Assembly (NCBI RefSeq): GCF_018977255.1
Contig: NW_024704742.1
Location: forward strand, 37,450,001-37,514,000
DNA: 64,000 bases
DNA from: Callorhinchus milii
Taxonomy: Eukaryota
Direction of reading: 5' to 3'
Made by a program: the position numbers and the translations under genes. The notes beneath the pieces were generated by a model, which saw only the letters and a program-made list of their open reading frames with translations, was not told the DNA's origin and ran no database searches. Positions within the stretch are counted from its first letter, which is position 1, and the number at the start of each line of letters is the position of its first letter. Positions 48,216 to 62,129 of this stretch are shown here, piece after piece.

Positions 48216-51200
48216 CAGGAATCATTACTGAGACCACCACAGAGGATTGACTTGATTCTGACATTCCAAACCAGCATGTCAACTTGGAGCCAGATCAACA
48301 CCAAGGGAACCCTGCTTCCTACTCATTCCCCTTTCGTGGAGGACAGAGGATTTGTCGAGGGCTTGTGTCGGCCTATATCTCACGCCTCCCATACAGGACT
48401 TCAGACAGCAAACAAACCATTGGTTTCATATCCTCTGTGATAGTTTCACTCTTAGAAAATCACAGCTAAGTCTGATGCTTGGCCCTTGCTCAATTGATGT
48501 CTTCTGGAGCTTAAATTGTTGCTTTGGTAATGCAATGCTGTGAGTCTTAATGAGAAACACAAAATCCTTTCTTAACAGTGCAACACTGGAATGTTATATA
48601 GATCCATTAAACCAGGATAAACAGAACATTAAACAGAATAGTGTGGTTATGGGCTGTGCAATAAAACTGGTGTTAGAAGTACTGGCCCAGTTTATTCACC
48701 ATATAATAATCCTTGCATTTGGTATGATGTAATATCAAACATCATAAAGCACTTGACAATTGATTGCACATTTGTAGGCAAAGTTAGCAGTCCATTGCTA
48801 ACTTTTTTTGCTGTGTTCAAAATTGCTGCCAGTTTGCTACAGGACCAGCCATAACACTTAACAGTAAGGCATTTTGAGATGTCAATACGATAGAACACTT
48901 AAATTTACATTAACAGTAAATAAGATCAAGACTAACAGAAAAACCTGATGACATTAACTTTTGAGAAATTAGCTCATAGAAACATGGTAATAATGGAATA
49001 TTGGCTTTTAATTAACTACACTAATTGGAACACAAAAAAAGTCTTTGTATCTCTTTATAATTTGTAACTAATCTCTGGGAAATGTTAAGGTTTTAATGCA
49101 CGCTGTGCACTCGGTTGTTTGATGTCTTTGTAACTTAATCTCTACAGTGGACACCCTTCTTCATTTCAGCAGAGTTTGAACTGAATCATCAATATTCAAC
49201 ACTTCTTGAACATAAATCTCTCATATGAGTATCAAGTCATTGATGTGTAGGTGCAGTTCTGGAGTCAGTCTGGCTGAGTCCTTTTCACCTACTTCCACCA
49301 ATAATTACACACTGTACAATTGACTCACTGCACTTGGTTGTCAACCATTGCTCATTGGATGTGAATTATCTATTTTTAATGAAGAAATTGGGCTTTTTGC
49401 ATTTGCAAGCAACTTGGTTCAATATGAATGAAAAATAAGATAACAAATTCAGCAGCATAAAGACGCCTCTGTCGAGTGACAGAACTAACACACCAGGTCA
49501 TAAAAGGGTTTTAAACACGGTCAATGAGGAAGCAGGATTGGGAGAGGGAAATAGGGGGAGATATTGCGTATTGTGGAACACTGTGTGCAATTGGCTGCCA
49601 TGTTTTGCCCACAAAATATACAGTCAATTAATTTTACAGTATATTTTGTGAAGCGCTTTGAGACATCTCGAAGGCGTGATAAGACACTGTATCAAATGCA
49701 AGAACTATTATTATTATTGAAGGTTCTGACTTGGGCTGGGTCAGTGTTGCACAGAAACCAGTCACCCACTGGTATCAATTTGTGATCTTACTCAGAACAG
49801 GAAGATGCTAACTGTGAGCTTTGGCCTGTGAGCTAAGCAGTGAGGGGACAATAGAGGCCCACAGTGAGCTTATCCAACCCTGGGCTAGAGAGGTAAAAAT
49901 AATTCTTGATAACTTTCTGGTACCAGGAAAGAATGGTTGAATTCAGGAGAAAAGCCACGATGGGAGAAAAGAGTGAAAACTAGTGCGAAGGGAAAAGGTA
50001 TTCACTTGGGTGAGCTAGCAGAGGGTGATTGTCATCCTGGAACCATATTGCCATTAATAGGTTAGTGACTTCAAGAAAGGATTGAACTGGAAACTCCATG
50101 ATAGCATTAGTCTGGCTCTGTTGATCACACCTCAGGGTCAGATATTTGTGGGTTCAAGCCTCACATTGGATCTTTGAGCTCACAGTATAAGCAGATACAC
50201 CAATGCAGCGCTGGGGAAGCGCTGCATTGTGTGAAGTACTGTCCTTTGGATGATATTTTAAACCAAGTTTGAGAAATCTTGTTCCTTCTGGAGATGGCAT
50301 AACAGTTTACCCAGAGCTGCAATTCATGACCCACCAAGAAACAAAATAAGCTCACTCTACATGTTACAATCATTTGGCGCAGTTGATATAATCTCGCCTT
50401 TTGAGTCAGAAAGTAGTGAATTAGAGCCCCAAATCAGAACTTGAGCTCCTGCTTTGCACTGACACTCCAGTGCAGTCCTAGAAGAGCATTGCGTTGTTGG
50501 TGGTGCTAATGATGCTATGACACTGTACAAAAAGTGAAGGAATTTGCTCTCAGTGTCCTGGCTCACAATCGGCCAGATTTTCTATGAGAGACAATGTGAG
50601 GAGAGAGTTGGAAAAGGCAATTAAAATAGACGATTTATAAATTCAGGTAGCATTGTCAAAGACATGATGGCCCTCTTTCTATGTTGAAAATTTCTATAAA
50701 TTAGTCACTCACCTCATGACTGTTTGTAGAACACTGCTATACAAAAAAAGTCACTACATTTGATATTATTTACTGTGAAGTACATATATCTCGATTTTTT
50801 GACTTGATAAAAGTAAAAAATGCAAGTTTCTTCTTTCAACGTCTAATATGTAAACTTTCAATTCAAATATTCTGACATTGTTGTTTGCAGCTATGAAACA
50901 TCTGTGTAGTGATGTTCTTTAACAGGGTAGTGGAAATTCAGCTTTAAAAGAAAAGTGCTGACTCAATAAACCCTTGTTTGATGTGTAGGTTTGTTAGTGG
51001 TGATCCCAAGAAATGAAATAATTGCCCTAAAAGTAATTTACATCTTGAACACATTACAGCATTGTATAATAGGGAAGATATTCATGCAGGAAGCTCCCTT
51101 TACAGAACCAGGTACTGATGTGTTGTAAAGTAGCATGAGGAGGTTGAAATGGAATATGCGCTTGGAAAGATCTAATCTGGACCCATTTCAACATTATCTG

Positions 51201-51397
51201 GCCATGCACAACACTTCTGACCTGATTTATATTTTGTAGCCCAAAGCTGTTATGTGCCCTCATTTCCTCATAATATCTTACAATTTGATCCCTAGACAAT
51301 TACTGAACCATCCAGCCCTGTGGGTTAACCTCAGCCATGGTTGGCTGTTCTAATCTGGCTTTGGAGGTATTATGTAAGGACATTCTTCATGTCTTTC

Positions 51398-52388
51398 TTC
51401 ATATCCGCAGACATCGGGTCAACTTCTCCACATATGTGGATGACACCCAACTATCTCTCTGCCTCCACCCTCGATTCTAGGACAACTGCTGTCCTGACAG
51501 AATGTCTGCCAGACATCAAGTCCTGGATGTGAGCTAACGTTCTATAGCTGAACGTCAACAAGACCGAGGCTCTCCTGATTGGCTCCTGTTAGTGCCTCCA
51601 CACCTCAGGCACTGAGAGCATCACCATCCAAGGATGCACACTTCACCTCACTGAGCCAGTCTGGAATCTTGGCATCTTGTTTGACCCTCAACTATCCTTT
51701 CTATCCTACATCTGCACCATGACCTGCTCTGCCTTCCCCCACCTCCACAACATTGTCCGACTCCGCCACTGTCTCCCACCACAGGCTCCTGAGACCCTCA
51801 TACATGCATTCATAACATCCAGGCTCAATTATGGAAACTCCCTGCTTGTCGGCCTCCCCAACTCCTCCCTCTATAGGTTGCAGATCATCCAGAACTTTGC
51901 AGCCCGTGGCCACTCCCACACCAGGTTCCGCGATCACATCACCCCCATCCTCACCCAACTCCATTGGCTTCCCATCACACAGAGGATATAGTTCAAGATC
52001 CTGCTCCTCACATTCAAGCCCTCCATGGTCTTTCTGCCCCCTACCTCTGCGACCTCCTAACCCTCTACCAACCTGCCCGCTCCCTCCGCTCATCAGGCCT
52101 GCTTCACGTCTCCCACCTCGTCTGCCCCAACATTGGCTGGTGGGCCTTCAACCCCTCTGCCCCGACCCTCTAGAACTCCATCCTGCAATCCCTCTGCCTC
52201 ACCCCCTCTCTTGCCTCCTTCAAGACCCATCTAAGACCCTCCTCTTCAACCATACCTTCGGTCACCACCCTTCCCCCTTGCCCTCCAATCTCGACCCTCA
52301 GCTTGGGTCCAAGCACTGATTGTCCAGCACCTTGGTACGTCCTCCCGACGTGAAAGACGCTATACAAATATAATTTTGTTGTTGTTGT
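51398..52388 (+). mobile_element. Degraded L2 LINE ORF2 3' kilobase (RT YxDD remnant to tail)
   Basis: tatgtggatgacacccaa (YVDDTQ); ETLIHAFITSRLNY; LHWLPI; in-frame stops; (gtt)n tail. Confidence 0.9.
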
Positions 52389-55300
52389 CTAAGTAATTAA
52401 AGGTCGTTCAAGCATAGGCGCCCAGTACTACAGTTGAACCCAATCTAAACATCGACCACTTTCCAGCAGGGTTCACTTGATAAGGGGAAGGAGGGAGAAC
52501 ACTGGCTGAATGACTGGCCTAGGCCTGTTGTTTTACTCCATTCCCAGCAAAGATCAACTCACTGCACAGAGCAGAGATTGAACCTGGGGCATTTCTGATG
52601 TGTGTGGCCCAATTCTGTGGTAAACAGTATGTTTCCATGGAACCAGCTTGTTATCTTTAGTTCTGAAGAAGATCAACTAATGAGTGTCCGTAATAATAAA
52701 ATAACAATCCTTGAATTTGACATTGTGCCTTATATTGTTGATGTGACTCAAAGCACTTCACAGGATTTTACTGTGGAATGTAGTGACTGTTTATTTGTAG
52801 GCAACAACAACTTGCATTTATATAGCGCCCTTCATGCATGGTAGGATCCCAGAGCACTTAATCCTTTCATTACTCAACATATATCTATAGAATAAAAGGT
52901 AAATCTTTTATTGCAGGCTTGAGACTAAGGGCACAGTATTCTATCCCAGTAACTCCAGATAACAGTTTTTCAGGAATCATGATATGAACTACTGATTAAA
53001 ACTGAATAAAAGTTAACCTTCAAATTGTGGGAAACAATAAAGTCCTTTGACACACGTTAAAAAAATTAAAGCCAAGTTGTTTTGGTCAGACGTTGAAAAG
53101 CAATGGTGTGGTCTACAAATTCAGAGACACAAAGAGAAAGGCTCTCCACTGGCTTGGTCTGTAAAAGCATTGATGCAGCCCGAGAGTATACAGACCAAAA
53201 AAGGTACATGCTGGAACGTTGCTCTGTGCTGCATTAGTCGGTCTCAACGATGCAGCTTTTGGAGTGCTACAGTTCGATTTAATTAGATCCTGGTTTAGGG
53301 AAGAGAAGATTAGTTGCTCCTGATTATAATTAAAAGCCTCTGCTGTGAAATTTATATATGTATGTAGCATGAGGAGGTCGAGTAATGGAAGGATCAGACT
53401 TGTCCGTTATGCCTTCTGCAATTGTATAACCTGCTGATGCCCAGACATGAATAATGGCCAATTGGGCTAGTTAATTTTTGGTCAGCCAGGTGTCTGACGC
53501 ATACAGATACACCCTGCTTACCTACTTCCAGAGAATATTAGTCGCAGGTTGGCAGGTTTAACCAGCTCAAACCATATAACTTGCTTCAATTGTCATAACT
53601 TGCACTAGATACACAAGGGTGCCTCTGGTCACTGCTTTATAGCAACAACATTTTTGCACTTATATAAAACCTTTCACATAAAAGAACATCTCAAAGTGCT
53701 TAACAACGATGGAGTGGGAATCCGAGCTAGGAGGGAGAAGGTGGCCTAAACTGCAGTGAAAGATGTTTTTTGATCATAGAGAGGGAGCAAAGCAAAGGGA
53801 TCAGGGAGTGTCTTACAAAATCCTGGCCCACAATGACTGGTCTGCTCCTCCAAGGTCTGATACAATCGGGTTGGCATGAATTAACAATGCTTCTGAGTAC
53901 AGAGGACCTGCCTGCCTCAGGAACCAGGCTACCAAACCATCACAGAAGATCGACTTGATTCCTATTTTCTATTACCAGTCGTGGCACCTTGGAACATATT
54001 TATATATTAAAGTTGTTCGTTGATGGGTGTATCGCTTTTCAGGAGTAATATTTCCATCAAAATAATTCGGTCGCTCAATCCATGACTGTTTGTGGGACAC
54101 TGCTGTGTGCAATTGGTTGCCGTGTTTTGCCCACAAATATACAGTCAATTCACTTTACAATATATTCTGTGAAGCGCTTTGAGACGTCTAAAAGACGTGA
54201 AAGGCGCTTATACCAAATGCAAGGATTATTATTATTTATGTATTGGCCGTTGTTTCTCTGTTGCCACCAACATTTTTGATTGTGTCTGAACCACTTCTAC
54301 AATGTTCACATACAGGTGCTTGTTGCAGCAGCAGTTGCCCACTTCAGAGCTTCGTAGCTTTGATATCTCATTACACACGTAGAGCGAATGATTACTCAAG
54401 TCACTACATGATAATCCCCTGCAGCTCTGGAGACCAGTGAGAAGATCAAAGACTGCCTCTGCCTGGAGCAAAGAGCTTTCTTATTGATATGGAGCACACG
54501 GCAGGGATTTACAGTGTTGGCAACTCTAAATGGGCTCCATGCTGATTCAGCAGTTTTATCTGTCTGGTATGTAGATGAGTAGAGAAAAATCAGAGCAGTT
54601 ACAGTCCAATTGGGCCAAGCTCTCTTTTAAGCATGCATGAACATGTGAAGCAAAGCCAAAGCACATTAAAAACAAAAAGCGCTCAGTGTTGTCTGATGTT
54701 CGCTCAGTTTACAACCTGCTGGGAACAGACATTCCCTGGGTTCTGACTGCTGAGCGCTATTGCTCATCAGACTAGATTTTCTAGCTTTGAATCAGCTCTA
54801 AATCATCGCCCAGAAGGGTTGTTTCAAGCTTAGAGCAGAAAGCTTCAACTGACAATTACTGATGCGTTTGGGGGTAAGTACTGCTCCAACAAGCCTCTTC
54901 TCAGCTTCCAGCTAAAATAAAGGTAAAGGATTTTCCAGGTTTATGTAAATAGAAAAAAAATTCAAAGAATAAAAAATTCAGAAGAATCTTGTGACAACAA
55001 ATGTGTGAATGAAGATTGCAAACAGCAAAGTAATCCCAGAACAATACTTCTGGATGCATCAAAACAACAAAACAAGAAGACACAGGTTTAGGGTTGCAAA
55101 GGGTAATTTAGGACATACACCAAGAAACATTTCTTTACCCAGAGGTAATTAAAGACTGGATAAGGTTACCAGGATTTCCAGAATACCTACCCTACCATTG
55201 GGAAGACGGTAGGGGTTATTCTGGAAGGATGAGATAGAATGGGCTGAAACGCCTCTTGATCTGAACCAATCTTGTGACTGAGTAGAACGCAAAAAGAAGA

Positions 55301-55399
55301 GTTAAGAATATTCAAAAATATATATATTTTAGGAGAGTTTTGAAGCCAGGGAAGTGAGGCAAAGAGATTTTTCAGATAATTCCCGAGGGAAGGGACATG

Positions 55400-55740
55400 G
55401 TGAGTAAAGATTCAACAACAATAACAAATTACATTTGTATTGCACTAACATCGGAAGGACATCCCAAGGCGCTGAGTTCAGTTACTACTGTTAGGACTAG
55501 AACAAGTGAGGAACAAGCAATAGACCAGAATTGGAGGACCAGAGAGTAATGGACAAGGGAAGTTGGGTTAAAGAAGAGAGATTTAAAAATTAGGACAAGG
55601 AGTTTAAAGTCAATCCATTGGGGCACTGAGAGCCAATGGAGCCTGACAAGAAAGGAGGTGACCAGTGTGCAGAGCCTAGTGCAGGAAAGAATATGGGCTG
55701 CAGGGATTTGGATGAGTTGGACAGTTTGTAGCGATTTGAG
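55400..55740 (-). mobile_element. Old L2 LINE remnant
   Basis: RLHWLSVPQWIDFKLLVLIFK in ORF 55429..55866; tail motif. Confidence 0.65.
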
Positions 55741-55871
55741 GTTATGTTCACAAATAGTTGCTAAATTACATTTCTTTCCTCCCCTCCAAATTTTTCCTCC
55801 TCTGACTCTTGGCTGCTGGGCAGTTCCACAGTAATATCCACTCTCAAATTTCATATCTGAACCCAAGCAGT

Positions 55872-56250
55872 AAATCCCTTGGCATATGGGTTAGAGCACT
55901 TGCCTAACAAGTGAGAGGACCTGGATTCCATTCCAGGGAGAGCGAAAGCTTAGGCATATTTCCTTATTCCACATGCCTCTGTTTACCTTGCAGTAAGTAG
56001 GAACTCCAGGGAGTAGGTAGAATTGACTAGGTTGTTAGTCAATTGGTGGATCGCTTTCCGGGGTAATAATCTCTCCAAAGCCCCCCAAATTGGTTACTCA
56101 ATCCACAACTGTTTACGGGACACTGCTGTGCGCAATTAGCTGCTGCGTTTCGCCCACAAAATAAAGTCAATCCACTTTACAATATATTCTGTGAAGCACT
56201 TTGAGATGTCTCAACGACCTGATGAAATACAAGGATTATTATTATTATTA
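55872..56250 (+). mobile_element. tRNA-derived SINE (family S)
   Basis: Head, body and tail all present. Confidence 0.75.
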
Positions 56251-56564
56251 AATGTTATCAACCCATTCGACCTTCAAACTCTATTCTTTCCTCATTCAAT
56301 TTTAACCGGGCTGTGCTTGATATCAATAAGGAGTTGAAGCTTGGCTGATTTTCACAAATCCTAAGCTCAGGGCAATGCATCGGGCACCTTCTGCCCGGGC
56401 TGAGATCAGCTTGTTCAGCACAGGCAGAAACACAGATTGTGTTTCTTTTTCTGATCAGCTGTAACATATAGGACAAGTTGAGAACAATGCTATGATTGAT
56501 ACAAAGAAATGACCCAGTTATGTAACAAGTCAAATGGATTTTGTTTCCCTGCAGCAGAACTTGT

Positions 56565-56916
56565 GGAGTCCTGTAGCATATTTTAATTAGAGCACTTGGC
56601 TCCGGGGTTCGATTCCTGGGCAAGGCAAAACCCCAGACAAGTCTCCTTACTCCAAACTCCTCTCTTACCTATCTTACATTGATAGTTGATTGGCGGCTCG
56701 TTTTCCGGGGGTAATATTCTCTCCAAAAAAAAATAATAATTTGGTCACTCAATCCACGCCTGTTTGTGGGACACTGCTGTGCATAATTGGCTGTGGCATT
56801 TCGCCCACAAAATACTCAGTCAATTCACTTACAGAATATTCTGTGAAGCGCTTTGATGTCTCAACGCATGATATGATAAGGCTCCGTATCAATAACAAGG
56901 ATTGTTATTATTATTA
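56565..56916 (+). mobile_element. tRNA-derived SINE (family S) abutting an L2
   Basis: ggagtcctgtagc head, ggttcgattcc B-box, (tta)n end. Confidence 0.75.
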
Positions 56917-56918
56917 CA

Positions 56919-57600
56919 GAATATCGCCAGACTGCGGCACTACCTCACCCCTCACGCTGCTGAAACTCTGGTCCACGCCTTTATCACCTCAAGGCTGGAC
57001 TATGGGAACTCTCTCCTCGCCGGCCTTCCCGCCACCTCCCTCCACAAGCTGCAGGTCATTCAGAACTCTGCAGCTCGTGTACTGTCCCGCACCAGGCTTC
57101 GGGACCACATCACTCCCACCCTCGCTCGCCTCCACTGGCTCCCCATCCACCAGAGGAGCGAATTCAAGATCCTCATCCTCACCTACAAGAACATTCACGG
57201 CCTCGCTCCCTCCTACCTCTCTGACCTACTATCCCCCTACTTACCTGCCCGTACCCTCCGTTCCTCTGGCTCCGATCTGCTCCACATCCCCCACCCCAAC
57301 CGTCCTACCATCGGTGGCCGGGCCTTCAGCCTCTCAGCCCCTAGGCTCTGGAACTCCATCCCCCAGTGCCTTCGCCTTGCCTCCTCCCTTTCCTCCTTCA
57401 AGGCCGGTCTCAAGACCTTTCTCTTTGACCGTACCTTCAGCTCCCCTCTCGACTCTCTACCCCCTCCTCGCTCCCTCCCTTCCCTCCCCTCACCCTGACC
57501 ATTTCCCCGCTCCTCGGGTCCTGATCCAACTGTACAGCGCCTTGGGACGTCCTCCCGACGTGAAAGGCGCTCTATAAATGGAATCTTGTTGTTGTTGTTG
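56919..57600 (+). mobile_element. Young 5'-truncated L2 LINE; ORF2 C-terminal ~190 aa still open
   Basis: NIARLRHYL..HAFITSRLDYGNSLL..LHWLPI..GRAFS..PRLWNS..FKAGLKTFLF; (gtt)n tail. Confidence 0.95.
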
Positions 57601-57773
57601 TATGAGCTCAAAGTCTAGATGTGGGACTTGAACCCACAACCTTCTGACTCAGGAGTCAAGAGTGTTACCATGTGAGCCAGTCTGACACTGTACTACAACA
57701 TTTGTAGGATGAGAACATTAGGAGGGTCAGCAGGAGTGGTTAGGTTCCCCAATATAAATGTTGGATGTGGGCC

Positions 57774-58035
57774 TTTTTTGTCACCCGGGTAACCTATCCA
57801 AACCAGACTGAGAATTCACATTTGCATGCCACCTATTCATGAAATTTCCTGTGTCTGAAATGGAATGGACACTCTTTCCTCAGGGCACGCACTCGGCTTA
57901 CCTAATCATAGAAACTTTGAGGTGCAGGTTGGCAAGAACCAAGGTTTGGGGCCCCCAGAGTGTGCATTTGAGTACTGCTGGAAATTATCCTGTTAAAACC
58001 AAACAGTTATCTTCCCACTGTTTGTCCAGCTTGGA
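57774..58035 (-). repeat. Family U repeat
   Basis: gcaggttggcaagaaccaaggtttggggcccccagagtgtg shared with 8296-8336. Confidence 0.7.
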
Positions 58036-58879
58036 TCATTACACTCGATAAGCATTTGGCTTCAGAGTTAACAGGAGCCAATTTCAATGATACCCAGTGT
58101 CCTGGGACTTGGTGGAAGTGGTGTGGAGTAGCAGAGGTTGGAGTGGGGTCTGTGGGAAGGAATGGACCAGAGCACACAGAGTACAAATGTGAAGCTGCCC
58201 AGGACATCCCCACACACGTGGGAGTCTGTAGGACTGTGGTTGCTCCCCTGCCCAGTTACAAATTCCGCTTCAACTACTGTCAGCGGGAGATTGAAATTGG
58301 GACAACTTTCCCTTCTGTAACAGGTCTAACATAGAATGAGCGTCTCAATGTGCCCTAAAAGGTCAAGGTGGCCCCATAAAACAAATGATATGCTTTGTGT
58401 TCAAGTCCTGACCAGCACATTTAGCACTGTCTTTGGCTTCCAGACAATCTCAGTGAGACAGCCCACCATCCCCCAGGAACAGTCATTACGCCTTACAGTG
58501 AATATTATGAAGCGCTTTGAGAAGTCCTCCTGCTGTGAAATGTATGGATTATTATTATCCCTGTGAATTGATGGTGATGCAGTACTTAAGTACTAGTATG
58601 TTGATTTAATAACTCGCTGCTGCTACTGTTACACTCAATGCCTGAGGTGAGCATCGCCCCACTAGGTTGGACTTTTCTTTTCTCCTCTGTTCTGCCAGCA
58701 GTGCTGTATTCTAGATTCGCAAAGGCAGAGCACACCCTGCAGGCAACTGTTGGCATATGGTTGAATCCCGAGTTGTAACTGAACAGGTGCAACAATCGAC
58801 CTTGCGTTATTGGATGGATTAAATTTGTGCGACTAAAAGTAATTTCTTAAGGCTGACAGGTTACTGCTATCAGGATAGA

Positions 58880-59285
58880 GGGTATAGGCTGGCCCTTTTT
58901 TTTCGCTGGAGATGAGACATTTAAGTGGGATCTAATAGAAGTGTTTAAAATTATATTTTTTGATAAGGTTAATATAAATAGGCTGTTCCTATTGGCTGGG
59001 GAGTCCATAACCAGGGGACACAAATGTAATATTAGCAACTAGGGGAACTAAACGAGAATTTAGGTTCAACTACATCACGCAGAGTGTAGCGAGATTGTGG
59101 AACTCGCTGCCTGAAGCGATGGTTGAGTCAGTTAGTACAGTAGCATTCAAGAGGAAGTAGTCCTTCACGGGAGGGAGAGAGGAATATGGGAGGGAGTAGG
59201 AAATGATTGAAGACTCGTGTGGAGTATAAACACCAGCATGGACTGGTTGGACCGAGTGGCCTGTTTATGTGCTGTACATTCATTG
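58880..59285 (+). mobile_element. CR1 LINE 3' fragment
   Basis: gatctaatagaagtgtttaaaatt..accaggggacac..tgtggaactcgctgcc; tail ggaccgagtggcctgttt. Confidence 0.75.
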
Positions 59286-59352
59286 TAAATTTTTGTTTTA
59301 ATATTATTAATATCTGTAACCTAATTCCCATGTCCATCCAGTGCTGACATAT

Positions 59353-60124
59353 CAACAACAACAACAACAAGATTCCATTTATAAAGCGCCTTTCACGTCA
59401 GGAGGACGTCCCAAGGCGCTGCACAGTTGGGTCATGACCCGAGCAGGGGGAAATGGTCAGGGTGAGGGAGGGAAGGGAGGGAGCGAGGAGGGGGAAATGG
59501 TCAGGGTGAGGGGAGGGAAGGGAGGGAGCGAGGAGGGGGGAAATGGTCAGGGTGAGGGGAGTGAAGGGAGGAAGCGAGGAGGGGGAAGAGAGTCGAGAGG
59601 GGAGCTGAAGGCACGGTCAAAGAGAAAGGCTTTGAGACCGGCCTTGAAGGAGGAAAGGGAGGAGGCGGCGAAGGCACTGGGGGATGGAGTTCCAGAGCCT
59701 GGGGGCTAAGAGGCTGAAGGCCCAACCACCGATGGTAGGGCGGTTGGGGCGGGGGACGTGGAGCAGACCGGAGCCAGAGGAACGGAGGGTACGGGCAGGT
59801 AGGTAGGGGGATAGTAGGTTGGAGAGGTAGGAGGGAGCAAGGCTGTGAATGGCCTTGTAGGTGAGGATGAGGATCTTGAAATCAATCCTCTGGGGGATGG
59901 GGAGCCAGTGGAGGCGAGCGAGGGTGGGAGTGATGTGGTCCCGAAGCCTGGTGCGGGACAGTACACGAGCTGCAGAGTTCTGAATGACCTGCAGCTTGTG
60001 GAGGGAGGTGGCGGGAAGGCCGGTGAGGAGAGAGTTCCCGTAGTCCAGCCTTGAGGTGACAAAGGCGTGAACCAGGGTTTCAGCAGCGTGAGGGGTGAGG
60101 TAATGCCGTAGTCTGGCGATGTTC
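59353..60124 (-). mobile_element. Young 5'-truncated L2 LINE, inverted relative to 56919-57600
   Basis: ORF 59617..60141 nearly identical to 56902..57498; small deletion shifts the frame near the end. Confidence 0.95.
59446..59585. repeat. ~45 bp G-rich tandem triplication inside the L2
   Basis: gggggaaatggtcagggtgaggg(g)agggaagggagggagcgagga x3. Confidence 0.85.
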
Positions 60125-60554
60125 ATATTGGTTATCACCAATAACTTGCATTTATATAGTGCCCTTCATAGGAACATAGGAACAGAAGTAGGCCATTCAG
60201 CCCTAGAGCCTGTTCCTTCACGTAGGGTAGTGTCTTGGAGCACTGTGTCAGGAGTGTGGTTTAAGTCAGATTGGCAATCACTAAGAATGAGACATATTAA
60301 AAAGCTATAGAGCTGTCAGACACCTTGATAGTCTATCCACCTGGATGAAGGCAGATGTCCCTTGAATAGTTGTTCAGGAAACTCTGAGGTTTGAGACAAC
60401 AACTGGAAGGCTTTAATTGCAGTCGAATGAGATTGTGAATACCCGTTCATAAATCCAGTGCCTGCTATTCACTGTGATTGGTATGCAGAGAAGTAAGCAG
60501 CTGCTCCTCAAGCACCACACTGACAACTGGTGGAACCATCCCCCAATAGGTACT

Positions 60555-61315
60555 ATTAATATTTGCATTAGATATAAAATGTTATCACATTGTTGAAACA
60601 TCTCAAAGCACTTCACAGGATTTACTGTAGTGTGTAGTGATTGTATATTTATAGGCAACCACGACAATGAAACTGTTCATAACAATAACTCACAAACAGC
60701 TAGGAAGTGATTGATCAATTTTCTCTGAGGGATTGTTGTCCAAGACACCAGGAGAAACTTCCTCCTCTTTTCAAATAGTATCATGGGATGGCCACATGAA
60801 CAGGCAGACAGGACCTTGGTTTAACATGTCATTTGTAAGGACAGCACTTCCCATATTGCAGCACTTCCCCTGGCAAGGCATTGCAGTGTCATCCTAGACT
60901 AGAGCAAATTGCATTTAGATAGCACCTTTCACATCAGGAAGGTGTCCCAAGGTGCTGGATAGTCGAGGGTTTGTACCCGAGCTGTGGGTTGGATTAGGGA
61001 GGCGTGGTGGCCAAGGGAGGGACGGTGTCGGTGTGGGAAGAAAGATGACTGAAGGCACAATCAAGAGGATGGTCTTGAAATGGACCTTGAAGGAGGTAAG
61101 GGAGACATTACACCTGAGGCTGGCAAAGAAACTCCTGGATGGCATTCCAGAGAGTGGGGGCAGCTAGGTTGAAAGCTCAATTGATGGTGGGGTGGGAAGG
61201 GCGGAGGATATGAAGTAGGAGTCTAAGCAACTATAGACAATGAACTCAAAGTCAGGCTTGAACCCATACCTTCTAACTCAGAAGCGTGAGTGCTACCAAC
61301 TGAGGCAGACTGACA
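60555..61315 (-). mobile_element. Deu-like SINE with a nested L2 3' end (60901-61220)
   Basis: SINE core before and head after the L2 segment (SLTSFKVHFKTILL). Confidence 0.7.
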
Positions 61316-61586
61316 GGGTAGGGATGTGTGTCCGAGCTGTGGGCAGAGCTGAGCGGTTCTGCTCACCAGGAAACTTGCAGGGATTTCCTAATACCTGCTA
61401 TCCATCTAGTCAAGCCTCAAACCTGCGCTTGGCAGATGTCAAATGATGAATAGTGGCTATCCTTATTGGGATGGGGGGTTGGGGGAAGAGGTAAGTGGAG
61501 TTTCTTGGGGCTGAACAGGCTCCATAGTATCTATTTGGTAATGGAATGTCAGAATCGAGTCAAACTAGCCCGACGTATAAATGGTT

Positions 61587-61835
61587 TGCCTGGTGTGGTA
61601 CTGAACCATTAAAAGAGCAAGATGGTCTCAAATTCAATCCCTGTTCTGTGCTAAAGCAGCTAATCTCAGACACAGCAACAATTACACTGCAACAATTGGC
61701 ATCAACACTCCTGAGCTATGAAGAGGCAAAATTCAACCAGAATTTCCCTTCGAGATTGCCCCCGGTGTCCCTTTGTTATAAAGTATATGTGAACGTTGGC
61801 AGAGGATAGGTCCTGGTTCAGTTGTGATGTCCCCA
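61587..61835 (+). mobile_element. LF-SINE-like element
   Basis: tgcctggtgtggtactgaaccat..ttcaatccctg..tgtgct..agctaatctcag..acaattggcatca. Confidence 0.7.
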
Positions 61836-62129
61836 ACACTTGACTGCAATTACCGGTGAATCTCTTTGAGACATCATAGGCATTACATCAAATACTGAGA
61901 ATTATTATATTTTGTTTATTATTTATTATCAATGTTTAAAAATAAACCAACCAGTGTCACTAAGCACTGCTCTAGTTACAGAAATTGCAACAACCTTTAG
62001 CATCGATTAAGATTTGTGAAAAGTTGAATGGTGTAGAAATCAAGGAACACAGGATTGTACTCGACCAGAAAAGACCACTGTCTAGCCCCAAAACATATGT
62101 TACCACAAATTTTTATGCACACATCCAAA

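Noticed and set aside
56690..57577. 295 aa ORF as a new gene
   Set aside because: Alternative frame running through a SINE and a C-rich L2; low complexity with a non-ATG start.
58056..58334. 92 aa ORF between the L2 copies
   Set aside because: Non-ATG start, no convincing splice sites or recognisable homology.
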